A stretch of 63,863 bases of DNA, filler included, from Basidiobolus ranarum (lineage: Eukaryota): NCBI GenBank assembly GCA_040143965.1. It is 24 parts of 24 records of this genome, joined end to end, with 100 filler letters (N's around TTAATTAATTAA, not from the genome) between each part and the next. Parts side by side here need not be neighbours in the genome. Positions count along the whole stretch, not along the records: positions 1 to 2,575 come from JASJQH010003187.1; positions 2,676 to 5,249 come from JASJQH010003188.1; positions 5,350 to 7,922 come from JASJQH010003189.1; positions 8,023 to 10,594 come from JASJQH010003190.1; positions 10,695 to 13,265 come from JASJQH010003191.1; 19 more parts are not named here. One strand, written 5' to 3'. This document shows, one piece after another, positions 1-11,300 of this stretch. Below the pieces are notes generated by a model. The model was not told the origin of the DNA. It saw only the letters and a program-made list of their open reading frames with translations, and ran no database searches. The stretch's first letter is position 1. Every line of letters begins with the position of its first letter. A program made the position numbers and the translations under genes.

Positions 1-1029
1 CTATTGATCGTTTCATAGTGTGATAGAAGAGCGATAGCCAACCAAGATTTTCGGCGTATCCAGTTTGAATTATCTACTTTCAGGTACAATGATCGATGTC
101 ACGTACCACTGTTGTTATGTTATAAGATAAATACGAGGCACTGAAGATCTGTACTCAAAATAGAGTGCACAGAAGTGCATACTTAGAAGCAATTTAACAT
201 TTGCACAATAGCAATAGCTGGTTTAGAAGCAATCGACCATTTGCACAACGGCAATAGTTGGTTATCGTGTGAGATAATAGCATATTGCATAAACTCAATA
301 GAATTCGATTACCCACATATTCAGCAAGTGGCGTATGCTTTAATAGCACCCGAGTCGGATGTTGCCTATAGGGAGGCACCAGTTGGAGTGATTTGATGTG
401 AAAAGAACTTAGTTAACCAGCATGTACTTGTTAACGACAATCAAATACTACTGGTAAATGCTTGCCCTAACCCTAAACCCATAGCCATATTCATCCGCAT
501 CTATGCCAATTATAGATGGATTAGCACTTCCCAAAATGTAAAAATACTCGGAGATTTCCAAACTTTAAATTCTGATATATGACTTGACCAATCAAGAGCA
601 GCATCAAGAGTAGCATCGATAAAAGTGTTTGCAATGCCTAATCTTCTCGCTCCAATTTGGATTTCTTGTACTCAATTGTTTTCATGGTGAAGGCAAAAAA
701 AAATATGAGTTTGATATCACTAATAAATCAATCTAAATATTATCCGTAGTGAAGTGATCTTTTGGGCGTAAAAGTGCCTAACTGGCATGCTGTAACCGGA
801 TGATTCTCGTGCGACGAGCATATTAAAGATGGCGTTTGCAATAAAACATCAGTAGCGTGATGAATATAGAAGTAGCCGAGTTAGCTAAAAAGTAGAACCC
901 GAATGAAGATAATGAAGCTGTCTAGGGGAAGGCGGACTAAAAAGGGCACTTCGAAGCACGTATATAAGTGTACACCTTCGAGATGCATAACCCACACCGG
1001 ATCAGTTCTTGATTATTATACTCTTGACC

Positions 1030-1629
1030 ATGCAATCTCTTTCCAAGTTACTTTTTATCACTCTTCTTAGTATTGCTTTCTTCCAAGCTACTGTCATGGC
1101 AAAGAGAGTGAAGATGACTTACTACTGGGTTGCCAATGAGAAGGACCACTCAGGATCCAAGAATGTGAATATCAAGACATGTTCGGGAAAATCCATCGCC
1201 AAGGTTTCTAGAGCATTCGCTGAAGCTGCTCGCATGGAAGGAACTGCCCGCTTGAATAATGGAAAGGTAATCAATCTTTCATGCAGTTGTGGCAATGGAT
1301 TCAACTGCTTTATGGATCTTGATGCGAAGAGATATCCTTTCGGCCTAGGCTCAAAGAGCAATGCTCTCAAACCTTTCGTCAGTATCTCTGCTAACGACAT
1401 TCCATTCGGAAGCACAGTTGTCGTCAAGCAGCTTCAAGGACTCAAGATGCCCAATGGTCGCACTCATAATGGATGCGTTCGAGTAGATGACAAAGGCTGG
1501 AGCTTTGGTAATAATCACATTGACTTCTTGGTTGGTGACAAGAAATATTATGAGCAGATTATGCGTCAATATGGTAACAAGCTCAATAACGTCGATATTA
1601 CTCGTACTTCCTGTAAACTTCAAGGATAA
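1030..1629 (+). CDS. Secreted protein with 3D (Asp-Asp-Asp)/MltA-like double-psi beta-barrel domain
   Basis: Intronless ORF from ATG 1030. Hydrophobic signal peptide ends ..TVMA. Motifs TYYW, EGT, PFVSISAND-IPFGS, DDKG and HIDFLVG fit the 3D domain pattern. TATATAA lies at 961. Confidence 0.75.
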   Translation: MQSLSKLLFITLLSIAFFQATVMAKRVKMTYYWVANEKDHSGSKNVNIKTCSGKSIAKVSRAFAEAARMEGTARLNNGKVINLSCSCGNGFNCFMDLDAKRYPFGLGSKSNALKPFVSISANDIPFGSTVVVKQLQGLKMPNGRTHNGCVRVDDKGWSFGNNHIDFLVGDKKYYEQIMRQYGNKLNNVDITRTSCKLQG

Positions 1630-2117
1630 GGTGTTATCACCGTACTAAACTTGATTTGAATATGTATACAATTATGTGGGTTAATTTCATCTTCTGGCAA
1701 GAATAATGAGGCTAATAAAAGTATCTATTTCATTCACTATCTTTTGCTACCTTACAGTAGGGGAAACATATGCCTATATATATATATATACCATACAGGC
1801 AATATTTATCATAGTACGCTTATACAAGCATGAAATCACATGATTAAATCATTTGGAAGTCTTTATAAATATATTGCTTTTTTACACATCATTTATAACA
1901 TTTATAAAACAGTAGTATCCCTATTCGATGTGTTTTAACAGGCACTTGATAAACGTCTACTATTAGAACGCTCCAACTCACGACTCATTATCTCAAACTT
2001 TGCCACTTTGCTTTCAAATTAATCTTTATTAAATATATATATATATATACGTAGTTTGATTTCAGTGAGATTACGTAGGAGTTATCTAGAAAATTGTAAC
2101 TTCGAATAACATTAAAT

Positions 2118-2573
2118 CTATTTATCGCAGTCTGTTTCACCATTACCATTTCCGCCCTTTCCCGAATCATAGGCACCAGCTCCGTTACCACCGTTACCGT
2201 TTTTACCACCGCCATTACCACCACCGTTTCCACCATTGCCAGAGTCATAAGCACCAGCTCCGTTACCGCCATTACCACCACCACCATTGCCAGCACCACC
2301 ATTACCACCATTGCCAGAGTCATAAGCACCAGCTCCATTACCGCCGTTGCCATTATCACCACCACCATTACCAGCACCGCCATTACCACCACCGTTACCA
2401 CCATTTCCAGAGGCATAAGCACCAGCTCCATTACCGCTGTTGCCATTATCACCACCGTCATTGCCAGAGTCATAGGCACCAGCTCCATTATCGCCATCAC
2501 CATTGCCAGCACCGTTATTACCACCACCGTTGCCATAATAACCTCCACCATAGCCAGACACATCATAACCACC
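2118..2573 (-). CDS. Gly/Asn-rich repetitive protein, 3' part (5' truncated by gap)
   Basis: Frame is open from the contig edge to TAG. It contains five GAGAY[D/A]SG units separated by GNGG runs. Confidence 0.75.
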   Translation of the reverse strand, partial: GGYDVSGYGGGYYGNGGGNNGAGNGDGDNGAGAYDSGNDGGDNGNSGNGAGAYASGNGGNGGGNGGAGNGGGDNGNGGNGAGAYDSGNGGNGGAGNGGGGNGGNGAGAYDSGNGGNGGGNGGGKNGNGGNGAGAYDSGKGGNGNGETDCDK

Positions 2574-2575
2574 AA

Positions 2576-2675
2576 NNNNNNNNNNNNNNNNNNNNNNNNN
2601 NNNNNNNNNNNNNNNNNNNTTAATTAATTAANNNNNNNNNNNNNNNNNNNNNNNNNNNNNNNNNNNNNNNNNNNN
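2576..2675. other. Artificial contig spacer (N44-TTAATTAATTAA-N44), first of 23
   Basis: The same all-frame-stop linker recurs about every 2.67 kb, and contig lengths decline steadily along the window. Confidence 0.98.
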
Positions 2676-4721
2676 GTTTGTGGCAAGCCACAGTTGCCAA
2701 TCAACTGTGGTAAAAGTGCAAGAAAACCAATAAACACCTGGTTGCTAAGATTGGATTGAACTCTCCACTCCTCAATAATCAAAGCTGCTTCCTTTACAGT
2801 AAGTGTCATGAGTGGACTAATGTTTGCTGATAACAAAGAGTCTGTAACAAAACCGTCATCTTCTTCTTCAACTTCTGATATACTACCATTGGTACTGGAA
2901 TAACCAAGGCTAACATCTAGCAGCAAGTCCTCAAAGTTGTCTGGACTTACTGGTTTGACCAAAGTTGCATTTTGACATACATCATTCTGGTCATATAACT
3001 GTGGTAACACCATGGTATCTTGACTTTTGCCAGTGTCACCAGAACTTTGAGGCAAACTACAGTCAGTGCATGCAATGGGCAAAACCAAAGTCAATTTAGT
3101 GCACTTATTACTGTTGTTATATACCAGGCTTTGTGCAGCTGGTGGCTTTGTGCAGTGACCATGCTTGTGATTATATTTTCTATGAAGCCTCTGCTTTCAT
3201 AGCACAAGAATTTGTGACAGTAATAGCAGGGCTTCTTTAAACATTTGTGTTGCAGCATGAGAAGGATATATTAGAAATAAGAACACCTCCCACATAAGGG
3301 TGGTATTTTAGGTATAGTGCATCAATATCATCAGCTGATCCTGAGACAGTGTCACAGATGAGTCATCAGGGGATTTACAAGATATTTCTGGTAATGGATG
3401 GCAATTATGGTTAATCATAAGCTGTTTCTAAGCAATTTTATTACACCAAGTTTACCATCTGAAAATTTCAATGCAATTCAAAAAGTATTCAAAATTGCTC
3501 TGATGATGAGTGGTTTAACATTTTGGAAACTGTTCCAAATCTTGCCCAAAATCACCTGGATTTGAGCCAATTGTGGAAAAACCAAAAACCAGCGGTTACT
3601 CTGAATGTTCTTGATGTATTTCATGTGGCTTATCCTGGGTTTTTGCAAGCAAATGGCATTGGGCTAGTGTAGGCCTATTCATGAAATATCTCAAAGATAT
3701 ATGCAATTATTGACTTGGAACAGAAAGAAAAGCAGCTAGGGAAGTACTGAAGGAGCAGGAAGTTAGTATACTCAAGGGAAAAACAAAGGAGCCAGTGAGT
3801 TTAGGCTCTACTGTTTGCACTTACCAAATTCTTCACACCATTATAAAGAGCTGCATTTCCAGAGTCAGATATACTGGCTAAAAAGCTTAATTTCACCATG
3901 AAACCAGGTACACCAGTTGGAAAAGTGCTAAATTTGGAAGTTTATCCAACACCTGGCACCTCTCAACAAGCCAAAACACCAGCAAATAAAACTCATTGCT
4001 CTCCAACCTCAACTGGTACTTTTCAGAGTGTTGAAATTAGCCCCAAGTATAAAGGCAAGCAAAAAGCCGCACAAACACCACAAAGCACCCATGGTAGTGT
4101 CACACTACAAGGATGCACAAAAATAGTCAAAGTGCTTGAGGAGTATTTCTAAAGTATGAAGGGATAAACAAAGTGCAAGTATGCAGAAAGTGGCTTCAGA
4201 AGAAAAACATTCAACTTGACATACAGTCTGGTGTTGACAGTGCTGATATCTGGGAGGAACTTAATACAGAGTGGCACAATATCACGGGGTATCCGCCAGA
4301 TGGATGGAAGAATGTTGATTTAGCAATGTTAATATGATGGTGGGCTTTGATGGATACTTTGATACAAATTTGTGTTGGGTATGAGCTAAACCTTGGGTAT
4401 AAAGAACTCTATAAAAATATTCAGAAGAATATATCATAAAGACTAGGGATTTCAAAGGTGACAAATTAGTATCCAAGTGGTAATTGTGTAAAATTTGAGT
4501 TACATTTTTTGCACATGTGTTGATCCATAGTTCACTGAGATTGTAGCCAATCATGAGCAACTATTTTGCAAGATCTTGAAATTTCACTCATGAAACTGAA
4601 AAAATTGAATACAATCAAATCTAACTTGACAATTTTATGATGGTAAGTAAATGGTCAATCCCAAATGGATTAAAATTGTGATGGTTTTCCAACATTAACA
4701 ATCCTCAAATTTCTGTTTGGG
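2676..4721 (-). mobile_element. CMC/CACTA-type DNA transposon, 5' half: terminus A, divergent ORF2 remnant, transposase N-terminus
   Basis: Terminus reads CCCAAACAGAAATTTGAGGAT on the minus strand from 4721. Minus-strand KKPCYYCHKFLC..HQLH and EWRVQSNLS..LPQ segments are colinear with 52100-52930, which runs on into the Tnp2 core. Confidence 0.8.
3400..4300 (+). pseudogene. Degenerate second ORF of the CMC element, divergent from the transposase
   Basis: Protein-like stretches DDEWFNILETVPNL, LNVLDVFHVAYPGFL, YAIIDLEQ and the 3898-4152 ORF. A second copy fragment lies at 61096-61208. Stops and frameshifts are present. Confidence 0.5.
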
Positions 4722-5057
4722 TGTAAAGCATTAACATGCTGGAAACTAACTTAGGTAATGCTCAATCACTGAACAATTTCCCAGATTTGTTTGTTTCCAG
4801 CAATAGTGTAAGTGCTGACATGGTAATCACTCCAATACATATTAAATCAGTAGTTGTGCAAACTTCAAAAGAAACACTGTCAAGACCATCAACTTCCAAA
4901 ATGGCAACTTGGCCAACTTTTCAACAACCCTGCATTAAAAAATTCGGTAGAATTATTAAAACAAGAGAATTGCAAGTAGAACAACAAAATGATTTGTACG
5001 CAATCATGAGTAAAAACTACAAAGTTGCTATATAGGCCATGGCAAGTGATAATGCTG

Positions 5058-5249
5058 CCCTAACAGAAATTTGAGGATTGTTATCGTAGGAAAACCGTCA
5101 CAATTCTAATCCATTTGGGATTGACCGTTTACTTACCGTCATAAAAACGTCAAGTTAGATTTGCTTTTAATCAATTTTTTCAGTTTCAGGAGTGAAATTT
5201 CAAGATCTCGCAAAATAGTTGCAAATGATTGGCTAAAATCTCAGAGAAC
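5058..5249 (+). mobile_element. CMC element terminus A (CpG-retaining copy)
   Basis: Starts CCCTAACAGAAATTTGAGG and is the inverted homolog of 4530-4721. Confidence 0.85.
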
Positions 5250-5349
5250 NNNNNNNNNNNNNNNNNNNNNNNNNNNNNNNNNNNNNNNNNNNNTTAATTA
5301 ATTAANNNNNNNNNNNNNNNNNNNNNNNNNNNNNNNNNNNNNNNNNNNN

Positions 5350-5660
5350 TGTGGGTTGATGTCTGATGCTACGAGAGTGTTTCATAACTGTGATAAGTTG
5401 TTTATGGATATGAGGAGTCTGCTGGTATTTATCTATATTCATGAAGGTAGTGATTTATCTGTTTTCGCAGTATCCCTCAACCGGTTTGTCATATCTCTAG
5501 AACTTGAAGTGTGAAAGAGAAACGTAGAGGATGCCGCAGTTGGTTAGTCCGGACAACCCCGAGGGCCGTGGTCCCTAAGTGAGTTGATTTCAGGGTCAAT
5601 ACACAATACCTCTTACGAACAGATGTCTCTCATCCACACATCTGTACATTGTGATCTCTC
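5350..5660 (-). pseudogene. Third, degenerate copy (5' part) of the tandem orphan gene
   Basis: Aligns to 6690-7020 with in-frame TAG and TAA. Confidence 0.6.
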
Positions 5661-6262
5661 TTACTGTTACTTATGAGAACGATCCTAAATTGTAACACAC
5701 GACTCGACATGGAATGGTGATTAGGCGTGTTATACTTTTATTTACCACGAATTGTTGGCACAAGAAGCTCCACTGGTTTAAGAATCTTTTACAATATATA
5801 AGCAGTACCTTTACTTAATTTACGTGAAGTCAGGTTAAAAACGATTCAGAATTTAGAGCACCGTATTCCCTGCAAAATATATACTTATTTCTGTAGCAAC
5901 AGATATATCAGACCTGCAAATCAACTTGTTTTTGACACTTGTCTATGTAACAAACAGTGCTATTTACTAATGAATTGATCAATCATCTTCAGTTTAATAT
6001 TCCTGCTTCCTAATCTCCGAAGACTGCATCGCATCCATTCAGGAGAGGCAAAAGAATTCGAGATATTGTTCAGAGCCCAAAATATTAAAATTTCATAAAA
6101 TTGGGAAATATCAAGAATATCCAAGACAGAAATCCCAATTACTCTCACAATCAATGACAGTAGGTCGTTTTGAACGACAATTTTTTAGAGTTGCTATGAT
6201 TACTAATGACACTGAGTCATCTTGAACATTTATTATATTTACAGTAGTAGGATCAGGGGTGT

Positions 6263-7120
6263 TTACTTGTTTTTAGTAAGCAAACTGAGTTCAATCTCCA
6301 TATCTATTTCTGCTTGATCCCAACTAACCCATTCTGGAATAGACATTTCAACTTGAGATCCGGTGGTCAAAATATGATCAAAGACATCTTCAGCATCATA
6401 ATCTTCCAGTTCCCAATCGGATATGAGCATGTTTAGCGAGTCAAAGAGAGCGTCTTGTGCATGACTTAGCTCTAAAATATTACTTGTTAATACATATTTT
6501 GGAGCATTAAACTTGCTTTTAATTTCATTACTTACCGTCAATCTTGTGAAGAAACCCTGAATCTAGAATATCCCGTGTTAGCATTAGTATACCGTCGAAT
6601 CGACTGGCATCCTCCAAGTTACGGTAGTCTATGGACAAGGTGGAGTAAAGCATTCTTGATACTTGCTTTATGAGCTTTAAGCTTACTGCGGGTTGACGTC
6701 TGAAGCTATGGGAGTACTTCATAATAGTGATGAGTTGTTGATGGATATGAAGAGTTTTCAGGTATTTATCTATGTCCATTAAGGTAGTGACTCGTTTGTA
6801 TTCGCTGTATCCATGGAGCGATTTGTCGTATATTTGGAACTGGAAGTATGAGAGAGAAACGTAAAGGGTGACACAGTTAGCTGATCTGGATAGTTCATAA
6901 GATAGTGATCGTTAAGTGAGTTAGTTTGGGTAAACCCAAGGGTAGCGGTCCCTAAGTGAGTTGATTTCGGGGTCGATACACAAAACCTCCTACAAATAGA
7001 TGTCTCTCACTTGAACATCCATTCATTATAATTCATCTTACCTGTTGCCTGTGAAAGCGCTCTTAGATCATCACAATTCCTCAATAATTTGATCCAGAAA
7101 CTATCGGGCGATGTATGTCA
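6263..7120 (-). CDS. Multi-exon hypothetical protein, tandem copy (start not resolved)
   Basis: Exon ..SANCVTLYVSLSYFQF..DSGFLHKID, then a GTAAGT intron, then ELSHAQDALFDSLNMLISDWELE..LLTKNK*. Paralog at 7420-7922. Confidence 0.55.
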
Positions 7121-7419
7121 TAGATCTGTTATAGTATCAGACGAGGACAGAAATTGCAGTATTGGTGAGGTTAGTGTAAGAGCATTAGTTGATGGAAATA
7201 CTGACATGCTTAATTCACTAGAAATGGACATAGAACTGCTGTTAAATGAAGTTAAAATTTCTCTCGTTCGGCGATGTTTATCAATTTGACTGAATAGAGT
7301 AATTTATATAAAATACGGTTAAATCTTTCACCAACTGGTACTCCCAGTTTGTTGGTCATAAACTTGATTGAGCACAGTTCTGGTGTTTATTGTATTTACA
7401 GTAGTAAGCTGAAGAGTGG

Positions 7420-7922
7420 CATTTACGTATTTCTAGCAAACAAACTTAGTTCAATTTCCATATCTATTTCTGCTTGATCCCAACTGCCCCATTCTGGAAT
7501 AGGCATTTCCACTCTGGATCCGGTAGTCAGAATGTGATCAAATACATCTTCCGCATCATAATCTTCCAGTTCCCAATCGGATATGAGCATGTTTAGTGAG
7601 TTAAAGAGAGCGTCTTGTGCATGGTTTAACTCTAAAATATTTCATGTTAAAATATATATTGGGAGAACTGAACCTGCTTTCAATTACAGTACTTACCATC
7701 AATCTTATGGAGAAATCCTGAATCTAGAATATCCCGTGTGAGCATTAATATGCCATCAAACTGACTAGCAACCTCCAAGTTACAGTAGTCTATAGATATG
7801 GTGGAGTGAATCATTCTTGATACTTGCTTTATGAGCTTTAAGCTTACTTTGGGTTGACGTCTGACGCTACGAGAGTGCTTCATATTAGTAGTGAGTTGTT
7901 GAGGGATGTGATGAGCCTTCTA
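7420..7922 (-). CDS. Hypothetical protein, tandem paralog of 6263-7120, 3' part
   Basis: Exons are conserved and the intron position is shared, while the intron sequence has diverged. Confidence 0.55.
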
Positions 7923-8023
7923 NNNNNNNNNNNNNNNNNNNNNNNNNNNNNNNNNNNNNNNNNNNNTTAATTAATTAANNNNNNNNNNNNNNNNNNNNNN
8001 NNNNNNNNNNNNNNNNNNNNNNT

Positions 8024-8467
8024 GCAGCTGAACGTTCACTTCACGCTGCTCTTTGTGTCTTGTCCCAGACCATCAAAGCGCCCCGCGCTGTTCTCGGTGG
8101 TGGTTGCTCCGAAATGTTGATGTCCAAAGCCGTAGATGAGCTTGCCGCTATTACTCCTGGCAAGCAGGCTATTGCTATGGAGTCTTTCTCCAAGGCTTTG
8201 CGTCAAATCCCCACCATATTAGCTGATAACGGTGGTTACGATAGTGCCGATTTGGTTTCTAAATTGAAGGCTGCTCATTATGAGAACAAAAAAACCTCAG
8301 GTCTTGACATGTACAACGGACTTGTTGCCGATGTCAAAGAATTGGGCATCACTGAATCATTCAAACTTAAGCGTCAAGTTTTACTGAGTTCCGCCGAGGC
8401 TGCAGAGATGATCTTGCGTGTTGATGACATTCTCAGAGCCGCACCTCGGAGACGTGGCAATTATTAA
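8024..8467 (+). CDS. CCT2: T-complex protein 1 subunit beta (CCT2), C-terminal part
   Basis: [38 protein letters not shown] and [30 protein letters not shown] are diagnostic of CCT2. Confidence 0.95.
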   Translation, partial: AAERSLHAALCVLSQTIKAPRAVLGGGCSEMLMSKAVDELAAITPGKQAIAMESFSKALRQIPTILADNGGYDSADLVSKLKAAHYENKKTSGLDMYNGLVADVKELGITESFKLKRQVLLSSAEAAEMILRVDDILRAAPRRRGNY

Positions 8468-9349
8468 TTATTTGGTGATTCAATAATAATACTCTATCTG
8501 GATTCCGGTATCTTCCAAACCATCATATTTTTAGTAGTAGATTGAACTTCACTTGCTATAATAAACCTCTGTTGTATTTTTTGTTCGATTTACTCCGATT
8601 CCCAACCCAAGTTTCGTGTGCTTTTGGTATGCAATCCCCTCCATTGTAATATGATGTGAAAGTCTCCAGTGTTGGAATATTTCCTAAATAAACTTTGATA
8701 ACCCGATTTTGCTACGGGTTACTTCTCATCAAGGACGAAATTTGATAATTTAAAAATTAACCCATGATGCATGTTTCATCGTGATACTCTTCCCAAGGCA
8801 GTAATTTATTTGACTTCGCGAGTTTCTGTGGTTGAAGTTAAAAGGTTGAGTGACTCATGGCTACCCTCGAGTAATGGGAACTCCTACACCTTATAGTCCA
8901 TACAAAAGTTAGAACCGACCAACGGTTTAAGGTGATTGAGTAAAAAGTCTAATAATTCCTGGTATTTTGATAAAAAGGAGTAGAATTTTGGGAATCTCCG
9001 AGTCGGTTTTGAAACACTTAAAAGAGGATAGATATATAAGTTCGTATACTAGTTCATCGAACGTGAAGTATAAAAAAGATCAACCACACTATTCGTATCT
9101 TATTTTTCTTCGAAAGTAGAGTACGATGAATCGTGATATACATATTCCTAGGTTAGTTACAACCAGAAATTTTTCTTCTGAATATTTCTCCAGTGAAGAA
9201 ACAAGAAGTTTCATACTCTTTAAAAGTATTTATTTCGGGAATTTTCTCCTAAATACCTACCACACTTTCCTTAGATATCATGCAATCTTTAAAACTCTTG
9301 TTGGTGGAAACTAATATCCCTTTAAAAATTTATATTCTATTTTCCTAGA

Positions 9350-10594
9350 GATGAGGGACACGCAATATTCAAAAGAACTCTTGACTGTGTTGGTAATACT
9401 GTATATTCATTCCCTAGTAAGCTTCGCAGAGTAGATAACTGTTCCTCAAGTCCCAGTCGACCATCAAGGGTGCTCGAAAGTGACGATCATACCAGAAGTT
9501 CTTCGATAGATACCAGTTGGATGAATCTGGGTGGTTGGAACGAGACGAATATATATGAAGACGAGATTATCCATTGTGGAAAGATCGAAAAATACAACGA
9601 TTATAAAGTAAGATAAAGTTTGGTTAAATTCGATGTTGAAGAAAGATGAATTCCCTTGATAGAGTGTATCTGAACAGTAAATTATTCTAGAGTCCAATTG
9701 ATTCTTGTTTAGATAATTCAAAAGGTAAATTTAATCCTCTTAATTCATATCTTCTCTAATCATCATCGACATTCACTTATCATCGTTACTTTTAGCTCCC
9801 ATACAAAACTCACTGGTACGAGAATCGATTTCCAAGAACTCACCAAGTACACTCGACAAAGAGAATGAATACTCTGAGAAATGGTGTTTCCTCAACCAGA
9901 AGGAATTGAATAAACTTGCTAGTCAGCCAGAACAACCAGTTTTATACGATCCCTTTGATAGCTCAGATTGGAAAAATAGAAGTAGCTATCAATCAAGTCA
10001 AGTTTCATCATACCCAGGTATCTTGAGTGACAATCGTGTGGAAACAAATAGTTGTGAGCTTTGGTTTGAGGAAACTGAGATGACCGAGCCTCCAACGAAG
10101 CTTTCCAACCAGAATCATGCTGATACCCTGAAGTATGAACAACATCAGAACTCCGCTATGTCAGTCAACCAGCAGGAGAAAAAACCGTCACATTCCCCAA
10201 ACCCATTTACCCAAGAGATATGGGAGATCAAGGATTCTCAAGGGGATAGAAACAACAGCATTAATGGTGAATCGGCTGAAAACCATTTCGTCAGTAACAA
10301 TTTCACATGGTTGTCTGCAAACGAAACAGAGCACTGTAAATTTAAAGCTAACCCTAAGCCATCGAACTTGAACTTGTTTCAAAATGAAGAGCCCTACAAT
10401 CAGTATTCAAGTGGTAAGAATCCTGATAGAAAATGGTCCATCTACCATGAGAAGGACTCAGAACCGTACCATCAAAACACAAACTTGGCCTATAAAAGTC
10501 GTGGAAGAGCCAAACGTAACATCCGTGGTCGAGGTTTTAAGTATCAGAAGTGCCATTGTATTCACGAGAGATGCAATGAAGAGGCATCCTTTAG
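9350..10594 (+). CDS. Multi-exon hypothetical, mostly disordered protein (3' truncated)
   Basis: ATG at 9350, GTAATA and GTAAGA donors, and a long open exon including 9906-10594. It ends in a Cys/His cluster KCHCIHERC. Confidence 0.5.
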
Positions 10595-10694
10595 NNNNNN
10601 NNNNNNNNNNNNNNNNNNNNNNNNNNNNNNNNNNNNNNTTAATTAATTAANNNNNNNNNNNNNNNNNNNNNNNNNNNNNNNNNNNNNNNNNNNN

Positions 10695-11300
10695 TGGCTC
10701 AATATGGCTCAATCTGTTCACATTTTCACCCAATTAGAAGCTTACATGATTGAATAAATAATTTGCTGATCTAAAAATGATGAATCAAGCAATCCTGATC
10801 ACTACTATCATACTGCAGATCAATCCATCATTGAGTGCTGTGATTTGTCACTGGTGTGCCAAAACTACTGGTGTTTTGTAATGCAGGAGCTGTGGTGCCC
10901 AATTGAGAGTCAGGAAACTGTGTTAGTGAGGGATAAATGATTGGCCTAAAAACATGTGAATGTCTTGGTTATACATTTGATTGGGTAAGTTACAGTATAA
11001 ATTATTTATTGTTACACATTCAGTAATTCATAAGTTACAAACTAGGGGTTGAACTTACTTTGTCAGTTACCCAAAATTGTAATTTGGCAATACTAAATTG
11101 GGTAACTTGGTATGGGCTGGCATGATATCTCCAACAAAATCATTGTGTCTGATTGTGGTGGGATAGTAGCATATTGTTCCTTATAGTGTCTGATTGAGTG
11201 TTATAGGACCCAGCCATGGTAATTAACAGATTATGCCAGATGGTATACTATCAGGCTGGATCAAGCGGCACAATATGATCTAGTCCAATGGAACAAGTCT
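10695..11300. mobile_element. PIF/Harbinger-like element end, inserted into a CMC transposase
   Basis: Inverted homolog of 16860-17470. It ends TGGAACAAGTCT, where CMC sequence resumes. Confidence 0.7.

Noticed and set aside
1988..2575. 195-aa Met/Val-rich ORF
   Set aside because: It is a shadow frame of the Gly/Asn repeat gene.
8045..8047. CCT2 appears to lack its catalytic Asp (SLHAAL instead of SLHDAL)
   Set aside because: It lies about 25 bp from a contig edge among other apparent A>C changes (AAER, KAPR). Read-end errors are more likely, so raw reads would be needed.
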